Positions 1 through 13,089 are shown, numbered from the stretch's first letter. The stretch: DNA of 64,000 nt from Octopus vulgaris (GCA_951406725.2 OX597832.1:23312001-23376000); one strand, 5' to 3'. Notes: generated from the letters alone by a model not told the origin. Numbers and translations are program-made.

Positions 1-18
1 ATGTATGCATTATTATTA

Positions 19-67
<49 letters not shown>

Positions 68-635
68 TGTTGTTGTTGTTGTTGTTGTTATTGTTGTAAA
101 TTCTTCATCAACAAACAAATTGACTACCTTCGATTATTATTTTTTAATACAAAACTCCTAACATTTCTAAAAGTCGTTTCTGCTTCCAATGTCCGTCAGC
201 GCTGCCAAAGAAAATTCTGAGAATAATATTCGTCATATTCTATAGCGTATCAATCTGGAGTGAAGAAAGGCACATAAAATAAAAGAGGCTTGATCCCAGT
301 GAGGGTCAGATATGTGCACAATGATGCCGTCAAGAGAAAGATCGCCAAAGAGTGCGCATTCCCTGCTGATGACGCCATAAGCTTCCTAGCATCCAATATG
401 GCGGTATGCGAAGCAGTCAACTGGTAGCACTTGCATCTGCAAATTGTTTCTAAATGACACACACACAAACAGACACACACACAAACATACACACAAACAT
501 ACATACACACACAAACATATACACACAAACATACAGACACACACTGTCACACACACAGACAAACATACACACGCAAACACACACCCACATATTACGTATG
601 TATATTTTAGTATATACATACATATAAGTTACAGG

Positions 636-696
<61 letters not shown>

Positions 697-699
697 AGG

Positions 700-798
700 C
701 TGCGTGGCACCTTGGGCAGGTGTCTTCTACCATAGCCTCAGGCAGTTCGAACATTGTGAGTGGATTTGGTAGACGGAAAGTGAAAGAAGCCTGTCGTG
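700..798 (+). mobile_element. SINE family A fragment (CORE-like segment)
   Basis: GCGTGGCACCTTGGGCAGGTGTCTTCTACCATAGCCTC...GTGAGTGGATTTGGTAGACGGAAA matches the full copy at 4808-5300. Confidence 0.85.
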
Positions 799-1002
799 TG
801 TTTGCGTATAGGTGAAAGAGTTCGTATGTGAAACCACGTGATTGGATGTATAAATGACAGAATGGTAGTTAGTGGTGGCACTGCTTACGGTTCATGACCG
901 GAATCTTCCGAGGTTTCAAAGAAGACGAACTGTTTATGTTTATCCGCCAAAAGAATCAGCAAGTTAGATATATCTCTCCACCCAGGACCATTTCCTTCTA
1001 TA

Positions 1003-1385
1003 GAAGAAGTTTACGAAGATATCAATGATGACTTCACGGACAAACAACGCCATTAATTGAAGCACAGAGAATTCTTCTTGTCAAGACAAGTTGAGACTTT
1101 ACCTGCAACCGATATTCGAGACAAATGTGTTGTCACACTTTTAAATGAAACAGAATCTTTATTATCATATTTGAACAAAGAGGATAAATCTTTTCATTCG
1201 TTAGTATATGATCCACGATAGAAAACATTGTTGGCAGGCAAAGGTGAAATTCGTGTTGCTTCAAAATATCAAGCAGAAATCACTCCTTTACTTAAAAATG
1301 GTGAAAAAGATGGAAGAAGCTTGGATGAAGTTCAGCAGTTAATTTGGCTGCCTGAACCTGATGATACCTTAACAACAGAAGAAAT
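1003..1385 (+). pseudogene. MTA1: MTA1/2/3-like (NuRD subunit) pseudogene fragment: end of BAH domain and start of ELM2 domain
   Basis: Frame 1 reads [113 protein letters not shown], collinear with MTA-family [37 protein letters not shown]...SLVYDPQQKTLLADKGEIRVG. In-frame stops at 1054 (TAA) and 1219 (TAG) replace Gln codons. Confidence 0.9.
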
Positions 1386-1507
1386 ATTTCTCCAAAAACA
1401 ATGTTATTTACACAAAATATTATAAATTTTTCCTAACATAACGATTTAAATATATTTTTTAACCATATAAAACAAGTCTTCTGTAGTTTTTTCCCTCTAT
1501 TTTGTCT

Positions 1508-1540
<33 letters not shown>

Positions 1541-1590
1541 GTATATATATATATATAGATATATAGATATACATATATATATATATATAC

Positions 1591-1652
<62 letters not shown>

Positions 1653-1665
1653 ATATATATATACA

Positions 1666-1706
<41 letters not shown>

Positions 1707-2118
1707 TATATAAATATTATATATTTGTATATGTGTTCGGTTGCGAGTGTGCGCGTGTGTGCTTGTGTGCGTATATCTGTATACGTGTGTGCGCGCGCGC
1801 TCGTTTCAATAAGTCAGACATCAATTTACTTCGGAAATTTGTTGCAAGACATGCGACTTACCTCCACAACCCATGTAATACGAAATAGGTATTAAAAAAA
1901 AACAAAACATTAAAAAGATTCCTTAGCTTATATCGGTTTTAATAAACGGTTTGTACATATTTTCACGTACTATATCGGATTTTCTATGTCAGTCTTCGTT
2001 TTAAGATGTTTTCTGTGTTTTTGTTGTTATTATTTTTATTTCTATGAATTTAAGTTTGTTCGCTAAGGCCAACATGGAAATGAATAAACGGACTGATAAT
2101 GAGATTAAAAAGAAAGAC

Positions 2119-2161
<43 letters not shown>

Positions 2162-2193
2162 CACTGGGCCATTGCACCTCCACATATATATAT

Positions 2194-2226
<33 letters not shown>

Positions 2227-2454
2227 TACACATATATGCTCCCAGTGGAGCTGCCTGCGCAGAAACAGTTGAGCGATATATTATGTTGGTTGTAGCATTG
2301 CCTTACGTAATATCATAATATTTACGTTGCTCGGTCATACCCCATCGAGGGTGACTTCAGCCTCTATCCTTCCACAGAAATCAAATAAATAACAACCATT
2401 TCACGTGATGAGTTAAATAATTTGCTCTACGTTCCCTCTCCGGCGTCATTTCTT

Positions 2455-2544
<90 letters not shown>

Positions 2545-3539
2545 GTGTGTGTATATGCATATATATGTATATGTACGTATGTGTGTATATTTATATACAC
2601 ACATATATATATATACAGATACATATGTAAGTATATATATATTTCTACATATGTATACATATGCATATGTGTGTATGTGTGTGAGTGTGTGTGTGTGCAA
2701 AGCAAAACAATATAATCTTGTTCTTTACCAATACATAGAAATCGATATGCAATATTCGATATCCGCATTTGTGTGTGATTGCTTTCCTTTGGTTTAATAA
2801 TATATTGTAAAATTACAATTGGATATATCTAACATAAAACTACACAATTTGTTGAGGATTTTTTTTCTGTTTTATCAAAATGAAAGCAGAACGAGGATTT
2901 CAATTTGAAAACAATCACAAAATCAGTTTTCTTATATAGCGGGTGAGTATGGAGGCGTCGTCCGCAATTTGAGGGTGGACAGCTGTCCACGGTGGAAGAA
3001 CGACGGGTGGGCTACGCAGGAATGTAAAATAGTAGGAAAAATATAAGAAAGGAATATAATATTGAATAGAATGAACAGTTGTTTCAAAGTAAGAACGAAA
3101 GTAATTGAATTGCGATTAATAACTTATCAAGAGTTGAAGAATGTTAATATAAAACGGAATGAGAACAGAATAGAAGATGGAAGTGAAGAGGAAGGTGAAG
3201 TAAATGATGAAAGAAGAACTAAAGACAGAGAAAAAGCAATGTATGTCAAGTGGTTAAGAAGGACAAAGAAATGATATCAGTTTAGGATATTCGGGGAGAT
3301 ACCAAATAATTGTAGAGATATCGATTAAAAGATATCGAACGCTGAGAGAATACTTATAAAGACAAGCACAGTCTTACACACACGTACACATATTCGCATA
3401 TATATATGTGTGTGTGTATGTGTGTGTGTCTGTGTGTGTGTGTGTGTGTATTTATTTAGCTAGGTATGCGTATGTGTATTTGTGTGTGTTCGAGTATATG
3501 CATATATATCTGTATATGCATAAATATATGCGCGTGTGT

Positions 3540-3615
<76 letters not shown>

Positions 3616-4807
3616 TATATATACATATATATACATATATGTATATATGTACATATAAAGACACACACACATATATATGCATATACAGGCACACATGCAC
3701 ACACACATACACATATATATATATGTGTGTGTGCGTGTATATATATATATATATATATATATCGATATACATGTCGAGATAGTTACATACACAACAGCAA
3801 TTTCTGTTCTACAATGTTGCCTCATTTTTATTGATAATCCAATAGAAACTCTTTCCGCTACTCCAGTATTGATCTGTGGAAAAACCATTGTATAATACAT
3901 ACATTTATATCTACATCTATACATACATACGTACGTACTACTCTTTTTGTATGACTATACACAAGTGGCTTTAATTCAACGTCTTCTTGTTAAGAGGGAA
4001 ACGAAAGCTTGCGTCATTAACTCCGGCCGTGAAGAGCTTTTGTCTTCTTTACACAGAATACAAAATGTTTTGCAGTTTTCTCTTTACCAAGAACAAGTAT
4101 ACAATTTATTTCAGATTATTGGTGTCGAGTATATTACATTCATACCTTTCCAAATAATTTAATCATCTTAACTGCTGAGGGGTATATTGTTCTGTAGTAG
4201 ATTCGAAACTGTGCCCTCATTCTTGCAACATTTGAACATGTGTACATTTTCTCTTGACATATCCCCATTATATTTTTGTACATATACAGTCTATTTTCTA
4301 ATCAGATACTTTAATCTCTAGAATGGGTGCAAATTCACCGACAACAAATTAGGGGCCCTCATTTCAGGTATATCCGTTTAATTACGTATACGAAAACATG
4401 ATACAATTAAATTTCTTAATATTTCTATTACATATATTTTTATATAAATACATATTGCTTCTCTTTGCTTTCTATCTCTGTGTCATTCTGGTGTTATCTC
4501 TCTTTATTGATTCCTTTCAATCTTGGTTGTATATTTTTATCACTGTTGTTTTTTGTTTCTGCGTGCGATGCACATCCTATTGATATCATTAACAGTATTT
4601 TGATTTACAGATTTGGTTTTGAATCTCATGAGCAAATGGGTAACCCATTAGATCTAAATTAATTTGTAACGTATGTTATTTGCATAATTATATAAATTAC
4701 GGGTCTTTTATCAATCGAAATAGGTGTAGAGAATAATTAAACTATGAATCACTTGTAAAATGTTTGCTTTTCCGCTTTGTATTGTTTTACATATTTATAC
4801 ACATATA

Positions 4808-4972
4808 GGCGCAGGAGCGGCTGTGTGGTAAGTAGCTTGCTTACCATCCACATGGTTCCGGGTTCAGTCCCACTGCGTGGCATCTTGGGCAAGTGTCTTC
4901 TGCTATAGCCCCGGGCCGACCAATGCCTTGTGAGTGGATTTGGTAGACGCAAACTGAAAGAAGCCCGTGATA

Positions 4973-5058
<86 letters not shown>

Positions 5059-5300
5059 TGTATGTATGTATGTATGTGTGTGTGTGTTTGTGTGTCTGTG
5101 TTTGTCCCCCTAGCATTGCTTGACAACCGATGCTGGTGTGTTAACGTCCCCGTCACTTAGCGGTTCGGCAAAAGAGACCGATAGAATAAGTGCTGGGCTA
5201 ACAAAGAATAAGTCCCGGGGTCGATTTGCTCGACTAAAAAAAGGCGGTGCTCCAGCATGGCCGCAGTCAAATGACTGAAACAAGTAAAAGAGTAAAAGAG
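4808..5300 (+). mobile_element. SINE family A, full length (tRNA head, CORE-like body, internal microsatellite, (AGTAAAAG) tail)
   Basis: Head GGCGCAGGAGCGGCTGTGTGGTAAG...GGTTCAGTCCC with A/B-box-like motifs; about 10 near-identical copies in the window. Confidence 0.9.
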
Positions 5301-5306
5301 TATATA

Positions 5307-5425
5307 GGCGCAGGAGCGGCTGTGTGGTAAGTAGCTTGCTTACCAACCACATGTTTCCGGGTTCATTCCCACTGCGTGGCACCTTGGGCAAGTGTCTTCT
5401 ACTATAGCCTCGGGCCGACCAAAAC
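5307..5425 (+). mobile_element. SINE family A, 5' part, directly behind the previous copy
   Basis: Repeats the head and CORE-like segment of 4808-4925. Confidence 0.88.
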
Positions 5426-5692
5426 CTTTTCCAGAAATCCACATATTTGCGCTTCCCCGAATCAACCCAAAATTTATTCACGTCATAAATTGTTGAAAAA
5501 TGTACATATTTTTATTTATATATATTCATGTACAAAAATATTCCTGTGTTTTACCTCTCATCAAACAATGTATGCCTTAATCTCCGAACGCAATGTTCCA
5601 CTTGCATGGTTTTTGTTTTTCTTTTTATATATTTATATATTGACACACACACACACACATACATATGTGTCTGCCTGTCTGTGCATGTGTAT

Positions 5693-5930
5693 AGGCCTGT
5701 GGTTTAGTTGCTAGGCTGCAGCAGTCTTCATCGTAAGAGTGTACTTTCGAATTTGAATAGGGTGATGTGTTGTGTCTTTGAGTATCATACTTAATTTCTC
5801 GTTGCTCCAGTCCATTCAGCTGGTAAAAATGTGTAAACCTACAACACGACCGGTGTCCTATGCAGGGGTGGGTATTGTATAAGATAAAGAAACCAGGAAA
5901 CAGACCCTACGAGCCTGTAGGTTGGGAATG
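5693..5930 (+). mobile_element. Degenerate SINE family C copy
   Basis: TGTGTCTTTGAGTATCATACTTAATTTCTCGTTGCTCCAGTCCATTCAGCTGG resembles 56645-56700 and 61835-61890. Confidence 0.6.
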
Positions 5931-6001
5931 ACATTTAATCACTGTGATACATAGATACATACATATAAACAATTAAAACAAAACACAGAAAAAGAAAAAC
6001 A

Positions 6002-6499
6002 AACAAACGAACGTGTGGAACTGGCCCAGGCAATGTATTAATGCGACGCTCAGAGAATGGAAAGAGTAGTAGTTTTACGTTTAGAGCATGGCTCTTCTTC
6101 AGGAACAGGAAGGTCTAAGACGAAGGAAGAAAACAATCGCCAACAATCGCGTGCGGTTGTAGGTTTAGGTGTGGAAGATGGTGAGGAGGAGGGAAAAGGA
6201 AGCAGAGTGGAAGGAGAACTGACATAAAGTGGAAGGAAGGGAAGTGATGTGGAAGGGTCACTGACAAATTATAACGATTCACAATCAAAAGTGAAAAAAT
6301 GGCGTACTTCGAATGAATAACGTGACGTAATCCAATGGTAGGGAAAGAAGGAGGTGGGGTCCGTGTGAAAGTGCAGTAAATAGTCAATTAAAAATAACCA
6401 CAGGGAAAAGAAATAAGAAATGAACAAACGAACGTGTGGACGTAGCACAAGCAACGTATTAAGAAGGCGCTAAGAGAAAGAAAACTGTAGTAGTTTTAC
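6002..6499 (-). mobile_element. Non-coding PLE pseudo-LTR / retrozyme-like unit with a degenerate hammerhead
   Basis: Diverged direct repeats at 6002-6079 and 6423-6499 (AACAAACGAACGTGTGGA...GTAGTAGTTTTAC). Minus strand at 6102-6076 reads CTGAAGA-AGAGC-cat-GCTCT-AAAC-GTA. Same family as 47875-48080. Confidence 0.6.
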
Positions 6500-6615
<116 letters not shown>

Positions 6616-6680
6616 GTATATATGTATATATATATATATGAATAACATGTAAATATATATATATATATACATATATCCAT

Positions 6681-6768
<88 letters not shown>

Positions 6769-7052
6769 GTATATATGTATATATATATATATATGAATAA
6801 CATGTAAATATATATATATATATACATATATCCATACACACACACACACATATATACATATATACACATATATAAAATCGCATATTCAAATAATTGCCTG
6901 TGTGTATCTACTGCCTAAGCCGAAGTGGTGTAATTTTATACGCTTCATCTATTTTTTAAAAAGTGTTTTATATGAACAATGCAGCTCTTTTTATGCAATA
7001 CAAGACGTCATTCAACATATATATTACCATCATCTTCATCATCATCATCATC

Positions 7053-7096
<44 letters not shown>

Positions 7097-7114
<18 letters not shown>

Positions 7115-7410
7115 CATTCAGTAATCTTATTTTCATCACCACTGCACCACCGACTGCAGCTGTGTGTGTCCCGGGTAGGTGCTGTGGTTTGTTGTGGTGC
7201 TCTTATTTTCACATACGTAGGATCTGCGCGGTACCTTAGAAGTGTGTGATACTCTGTATGTTATACACATTCCTTAAGTCCTGATGTTTTGATGCTTTGG
7301 TTATGTATTTGTCTGAATGTTTTTTTAATCATACCTAATGCACCAAGTATTATGGGATTGTTTCTATATATAAGCTCCACTTTTCGGTTATCTCTAATTC
7401 CAGATCTTTT
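7097..7410 (-). mobile_element. Older diverged 3' end of an R4/Dong-clade LINE
   Basis: Aligns by eye with 8052-8352 (CCTAATGCACC, TTATGTATTTGTCTGAA, GCTGTGGTTTGTTGTG); abuts a (TAG)n tract. Confidence 0.7.
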
Positions 7411-7452
7411 TTTTCTCCGTTTCCTTTTAGAGATACAATGTCATCTGTTATT

Positions 7453-7685
7453 AGTGGCGAGTTGGCAGAATCGTTAGCACGCCGCGCAAAATGTTTAGCG
7501 ACATTTCGTCTGTCTTTGCGTTCTGAATTCAAATCCCAAGGTCCGCCTTGTCTTTAATCCTACCGAGGTCGATCATCCTCACCATCATTATTACCATTTT
7601 AAAATTCCGCCGAGGTTGTCGATCGATATAATAACTACCAGTGAAATACTGGGGTCGATGTAATCAACTAGCCTCCTCCCCCAAT
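7453..7685 (+). mobile_element. Degenerate SINE family B
   Basis: GGCGAGTTGGCAGAATCGTTAGCACGCCG head; GGGGTCGATGTAATC body. Confidence 0.75.
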
Positions 7686-7836
7686 CTCTGGCTGTTATTA
7701 TTATTATTATTATTATTATCATTATTATTATTATTAAGGCACACGCACATACTCACCACCTCACACACCCATATATACATTGATGTTCAAAGAATGTTTT
7801 TAGAAAAATTTCTCGTTTCAGTTAAAATATTTCAAA

Positions 7837-7908
<72 letters not shown>

Positions 7909-7911
<3 letters not shown>

Positions 7912-8035
7912 TAGCTTTATTTTTATAACGTGCTTTCACTTCACTACCGAGCGCAGCTCTGTGTGCCTTGGGTATGTGCTGTGATTTGTTGTGATGCTCT
8001 GATGGTTACTGTATGGAAAGTGTTCTGCATAGGAT
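7909..8035 (-). mobile_element. About 125-bp, 5'-truncated second copy of the Dong-like LINE 3' end
   Basis: Near-identical to 8052-8178, with (TAA)n on both sides. Confidence 0.9.
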
Positions 8036-8051
8036 TATTATTATTATTATT

Positions 8052-8902
8052 CAGTAGTTCTATTTTTATAGCGTGCTTTCACTTCACTACCGAGCGCAGC
8101 TCTGTGGGCCTTGGGTATGTGCTGTGATTTGTTGTGATGCTCTGATGGTTATTGTATGGAAAGTGTTCTGCGTAGGATGTGTGCAGTGCCTAGTAGTGCA
8201 ATTTTCTGTATGTTATATGTGTTTGTAAGTCCTGGTGTTTTTGTTATGTATTTGTCTGAATATTTTTTTATCATGCCTAATGCACCTACTATGATAGGAA
8301 TTGTTTCTGTTTTCAAATTCCACATTCTAGTTACCTCTATTTCCAGGTCTTTGTATTTTGAGAGTTTCTCCATTTCTTTTAGAGACACGTTGTCATCTGC
8401 CGGTATTGATACATCAATTAGAAAGCATTTTTTTCCTTCATGATCTCTGACAACTATATCTGGTCTGTTAGCCTTAATTTCTCTATCTGTGTGTATCGGC
8501 ATATCCCAGAGTATGGTTGCTTTGTCGTTTTCTGTGACCTTTTCTGGTGTGTGCCTATACCATCTTTTTTCTGTTGTTATTCCATAATGTTGGCATAGCT
8601 TCCAATGTATGTAGGTTCCAACTCTGTCATGTCTGTGAATATATTCCTTTTTCGCCAGGACTGGGCAGCTAGAGATAATATGATTTATTGTTTCTTGTCC
8701 ATCTCCACATATTCTGCAGTTACTTGTAATATTTCTTTTCATTACATGTTTTTGGTAATTTCTGGTGGGGAGGCTTTGGTCTTGTGCTGCAATTAAAAAT
8801 CCCTCTGTTTCTGCTTTGAGTCCTGAGCTTCTCAACCATTGCTGGGATTTTTCTTTGTCTATTTCTTTTGCGTTTAGTTTAGTCCAGTATTTACCATGAA
8901 GA
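8052..8902 (-). mobile_element. 5'-truncated R4/Dong-clade non-LTR retrotransposon (CCHC knuckle, restriction-like endonuclease, 3' UTR, (TAA)n tail)
   Basis: Uninterrupted frame 8901-8149: AAQDQSL, CRICGDGQETINHIISSC, RHD, NRPDIV...LIDV...KLSKY, PIIVGALG. Stop at 8149-8151, 3' UTR to 8052, then TAA repeats. Confidence 0.92.
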
Positions 8903-9508
8903 TTATCATTGATATTATTAATTTACACCATTTCTACAAATTACACATGCATGCCAGGATAGCATAGCATGTCCTTTCCCACCTTCACCGACTCAGGACA
9001 AACGAACTTTGTGTTTGGAATCCAGTAAGTTACTCTGTAATCAAGTACATTACTCTTTAATCAATATATCGTTTTATACTCAAAAGTAATACTTGACATT
9101 TCGCCTTGCGTTTATTAATATCAATTTCGTTTACGTAACGCTTATATCGCACTGTGTTACACTGCAGCTTTACTTTCGATTCCTGGTTATAAGCAACGAT
9201 TATGCAAATAGAAGTATACGATTATTTATTTGTTTGTTTGTTTGTTTGTGTGTGTGTGCGGGTGTGTGTACGTGTGTTTGAGGTAAGCTTCATTGATTGA
9301 ACGAGATTAATTCTCCCATGTGAAATACCATGCTTATCTCATATAGCATTATATGCTCGCACATATATGTCTACGCATATATAATATTATATCATAGCGT
9401 TATATCTGTGTGTGTGTGTGTATTTATTTACATGTACGAGTGCATATATATATATATATATATAGATAGATAAATAGATAGATATATACAAATATATATA
9501 TATATGTA

Positions 9509-9554
<46 letters not shown>

Positions 9555-9560
9555 TATATA

Positions 9561-9608
<48 letters not shown>

Positions 9609-9714
9609 CAGATATACAGATATATATGGATATATATATATATACATATATGCAGATATATATATGTATTTAAATATATATACATATACATATAGACATA
9701 TACACACACATATA

Positions 9715-9759
<45 letters not shown>

Positions 9760-9789
9760 GTATATATATACATATATAAATAGATGTAT

Positions 9790-10225
9790 ACGTAACATAT
9801 AAGTATGCGTGCTTGCACTCACAGACCCTCATACTCACACTCGCACACAGATCGACACACTCAAACAGGAACCCACGTACTCACACCGAAACATACACGC
9901 TCACACGAAGATCCGCCTACTATCACACACAGGTCCACACACTCGTACACAGACTTACTCACCTACATACAAACTCACACACTCACACACTGATCCTTAC
10001 ATTAACACACGGACCCACACCCTCGTGCACAGATCCACGCACTCATACAACAGACATGTACAGATTCACACGCAGACCCACACATATATATATACACACA
10101 CAGTCACAGACCCACAGTCTCACCCACCGATGCACACATTCACGAACAGATGCAGGCACACCCGCATAGACCCATACATTCTTACAAACACTCACACACA
10201 CACAAACACACACTCACGCACGCAT
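9790..10225. repeat. Cryptic CA-rich low-complexity repeat
   Basis: Recurrent variants of CACACAGATCCACACACTC; explains the three overlapping T/H-rich ORFs. Confidence 0.7.
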
Positions 10226-10516
10226 ATATCTTGTTTGATTTCATTTTCTGAGTGCTCGCTTTATTAATAGGTTTCAAGAATATTTCATTGCTGTGGAAGA
10301 TTTATTGATTAACGTAAGTATTTAATTTCTGTCATCAGACTTGAAGTCTCTCCACCAATGACCTCATGAATCCATCGTAATAAAACTGGAGAGCAAGAAT
10401 TATATTTCATAATACAGCTATATCATGTTATTTGCTGAGCTAGATTATGTTTGATCCGAGACTTGTGCGTCTTCTTCACTGGTTTTCCATCCTTAGACGT
10501 CTTCAACTTAAAATTC

Positions 10517-10920
10517 TCTTTACTCTCTCTTACTCTTTTACTTGTTTCAGTCATTTGACTGTGGCCATGCTCGAGTACCGCCTTTAGTCGATCGAGAAAA
10601 TTGACCCCAGGACTTATTCTTTGTAAGCCTAGTACTTATTCTATCGGTTTCTTTTGCCGAACCGCTAAGTTACGGGGACGTAAACACACACCAGCATCGG
10701 TTGTCAAGCGATGTTGGGGAGACAAACATATGCACACATGTACATATATATATATACATATATGCGACGGGCTTCTTTCAGTTTCCGTCTACCAAATCCA
10801 CTCACAAGGCTTTGGTCGGCCCGAGGTCATAGTAGAAGACACTTGCCCAAGATACCACTCAGTGGGACTGAACCCGGAACCATGTGATTCGTTAGCAAGC
10901 TACTTACTACACAGCCACTC
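10517..10920 (-). mobile_element. SINE family A, near full length
   Basis: Reverse complement of the 4808-5300 sequence, including the (CTCTTTTA) tail. Confidence 0.9.
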
Positions 10921-11019
10921 GGTTATTAATAAAAACGATTTAACAAAATACTGAACTTGATCTTTTCTTTTCCATGATACCCCAAATGACATAAGCAATG
11001 GCTTACCGTCGTACGGTGG

Positions 11020-11390
11020 TATACGAGGCCTGAGGTTTGTGGGGGAGGGATTTCGGTGATATCTTCAGCTTCTGCACTTGACACGCATTATATTGCAACG
11101 ATTCCAAAAGAATTAAAGGTAAGGACAGCCTCGTAGAAGGTTTTGAACTTTGAACGTAAATAGCTGGAAGGAATACTGTAAGATGGTGTAACGGTTCTAC
11201 CCATCACACCGCTTTTAAACAATCCCATCTATTACAGGCACAAGGCGTGAAATTCTATTTGTGGGTCTAGTGGATTGCATCGAGCCTAATGACCAACTGG
11301 TACTTATTTTATCGAACACGAAAGGATGCAGGTTAAAGTCAACCTCAGAACGTAAGGTGTGTTAGCAATTTTATCAGCTCGCCGCCTTAC
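11020..11390 (-). mobile_element. Degenerate SINE family B copies
   Basis: CTGGTACTTATTTTATCGAACACGAAAGGATG and CAGCTCGCCGCCTTA motifs. Confidence 0.6.
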
Positions 11391-12762
11391 GCCGCTCTTA
11401 AATAATAAAGATATTGGATGTCGTGATAAATACTTTTATATGGTTTGAAAAATGGAATGTTAGAAGATCTGATGTTAGATAAATGTCGAGTTAACAGTAA
11501 ATAAAACCCAACTTAAGTACCACTAGGAATTAATCAGCTTATATACGGATTCTGCTATTTATTCCTGGTAGTGATGGTATGTATAGGTGGCCAATTGGTG
11601 CAGTTAAGAGAGCGTTGTAGCGAATGTTCTGCGGTAACCGTTCTGGCTTAGTTCACAAGAACTTAGTTTAATGTGTTACCCAGACAAGATAGTTAACACT
11701 TAATTCTTCTCCATTCATTCATACGGAAGATACAGTATAGCAATTTTTCAGAGATAAGTACACTACTCTCTCAAATGCCAAGAAACGAAATTACACCCAT
11801 CTCACATGAGTTAGATGCAAAGAAATATATGTATAACCACCGAAGTTAATTGGCCTAACTGTTAAAGTGTTCTCCTCACGATGTATATTATGTAGGTTCG
11901 ATTAATGGACTCTCTAGCACGTTGTATCCAGAATACAACATTATTTTATGTCTCTCCTGTGTTCTTATGAAAAAGGGAATACCAGCCAACTACAGATGCA
12001 ACTCTGTCCAAAACAGTACCCAGGGTATCTGCGATGGCATCCGTCTTCGCTAAATAGTTTTTTAACGGATAGAGTTGATACTTCATCACAGACTTCATCA
12101 CAGACGTAATAATAAATTATCTATTATTACGACCTTTCTATTGGGCGATATTATTTGGTCGCTGTTGGACCATGTTTGACATTTGATATTAACTTGAAAC
12201 ATTCGTACGCTGCTTCTTAATGCAACAATCCATAGGATGTGGTTCCTTAATCATTTCCCTTACCGTATCCCAAAAGCCCTGCCAAAACGATGATAGTCGC
12301 TCCCCCTCCTATTTTGCTGAATCCAAACACAGTTCCTGGTATTATTGTAAACTCTTGCATAGCTTGTTCTATGTGGACAGCTTACTGTCCAATTTTACCA
12401 AACCCTACCAAAGGTAAATCATCTATGTTATTTAACCCTCACAGAAAATGGTAAAATCAGGCAATTCAGATGATTGAACAACTAAATCTTCATGATCAAA
12501 CGATGGAGATCAATTACGACCTCTACTTTCCATAGCTGAATTCCTCCTAATTCTGCCACCTTTACCTAAATCTCAATCAACGGACAAACAAGCCTCAGTA
12601 GAGTCGCTCTATACTAGAACTAGAAGATAAACTTATCTTAAGTTCATCCTACCAACTTAGAAAGAGGAAAAGCATCTTCGAAAACATAGACTTAGATATC
12701 CAACAAATAATGGGATGGTCATATATGTAATTCTTTTAATGTTCGCTAATGTCTATCAATGT

Positions 12763-13089
12763 TTCGATTCCCAGACCGGGCATTGTGAGTGTTTATTGAG
12801 CGAAAACACCTAAAGCTCCACGAGGCTCCGGCAGGGATGGTGGTGATCCCTGCTGTACTCTTTCACCACAACTTTCTCTCACTCTTACTTCCTGTTTCTG
12901 TTGCACCTGTATTTCAAAGGACCGGCCTTGTCACTCTCTGTGTCACGCTGAATATCCCCGAGAACTGCGTTAAGGGTACACGTTTCTGTGGAGTGCTCAG
13001 CCACTTACACGTTAATTTCACGAGCAGGCTGTTCCGTTGATCGAATCAACCGGAACCCTCGTCGTCGTAACCGACGGAGTGCTTCCACA
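12763..13089 (+). mobile_element. SINE family C variant, 5'-truncated
   Basis: TTCGATTCCCAGACCGGGC...TTTATTGAGCGAAAACACCTAAAGCTCCACGAGGCTCCGGC shared with 27205, 44380 and 56822. Confidence 0.8.

Noticed and set aside
362-430. Hammerhead-like CTGATGA-CGCCATA...TATGGCG...GAAG motif
   Set aside because: Six extra nt between stem II and GAA, no GAAA, and stem I does not pair in register.
3947-4330. Possible very old Penelope endonuclease remnant
   Set aside because: Only a faint resemblance with many stops; not supportable by eye.
4808-4880. tRNA genes at SINE heads (also 44380, 56565, 56822, 61765)
   Set aside because: A/B boxes are present but run into SINE bodies; these are tRNA-derived heads, not tRNA genes.
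12130-12430. Possible Tc1-like transposase remnant on the minus strand
   Set aside because: A single GGG-xI-like motif; no intact DDE residues or TIRs seen.
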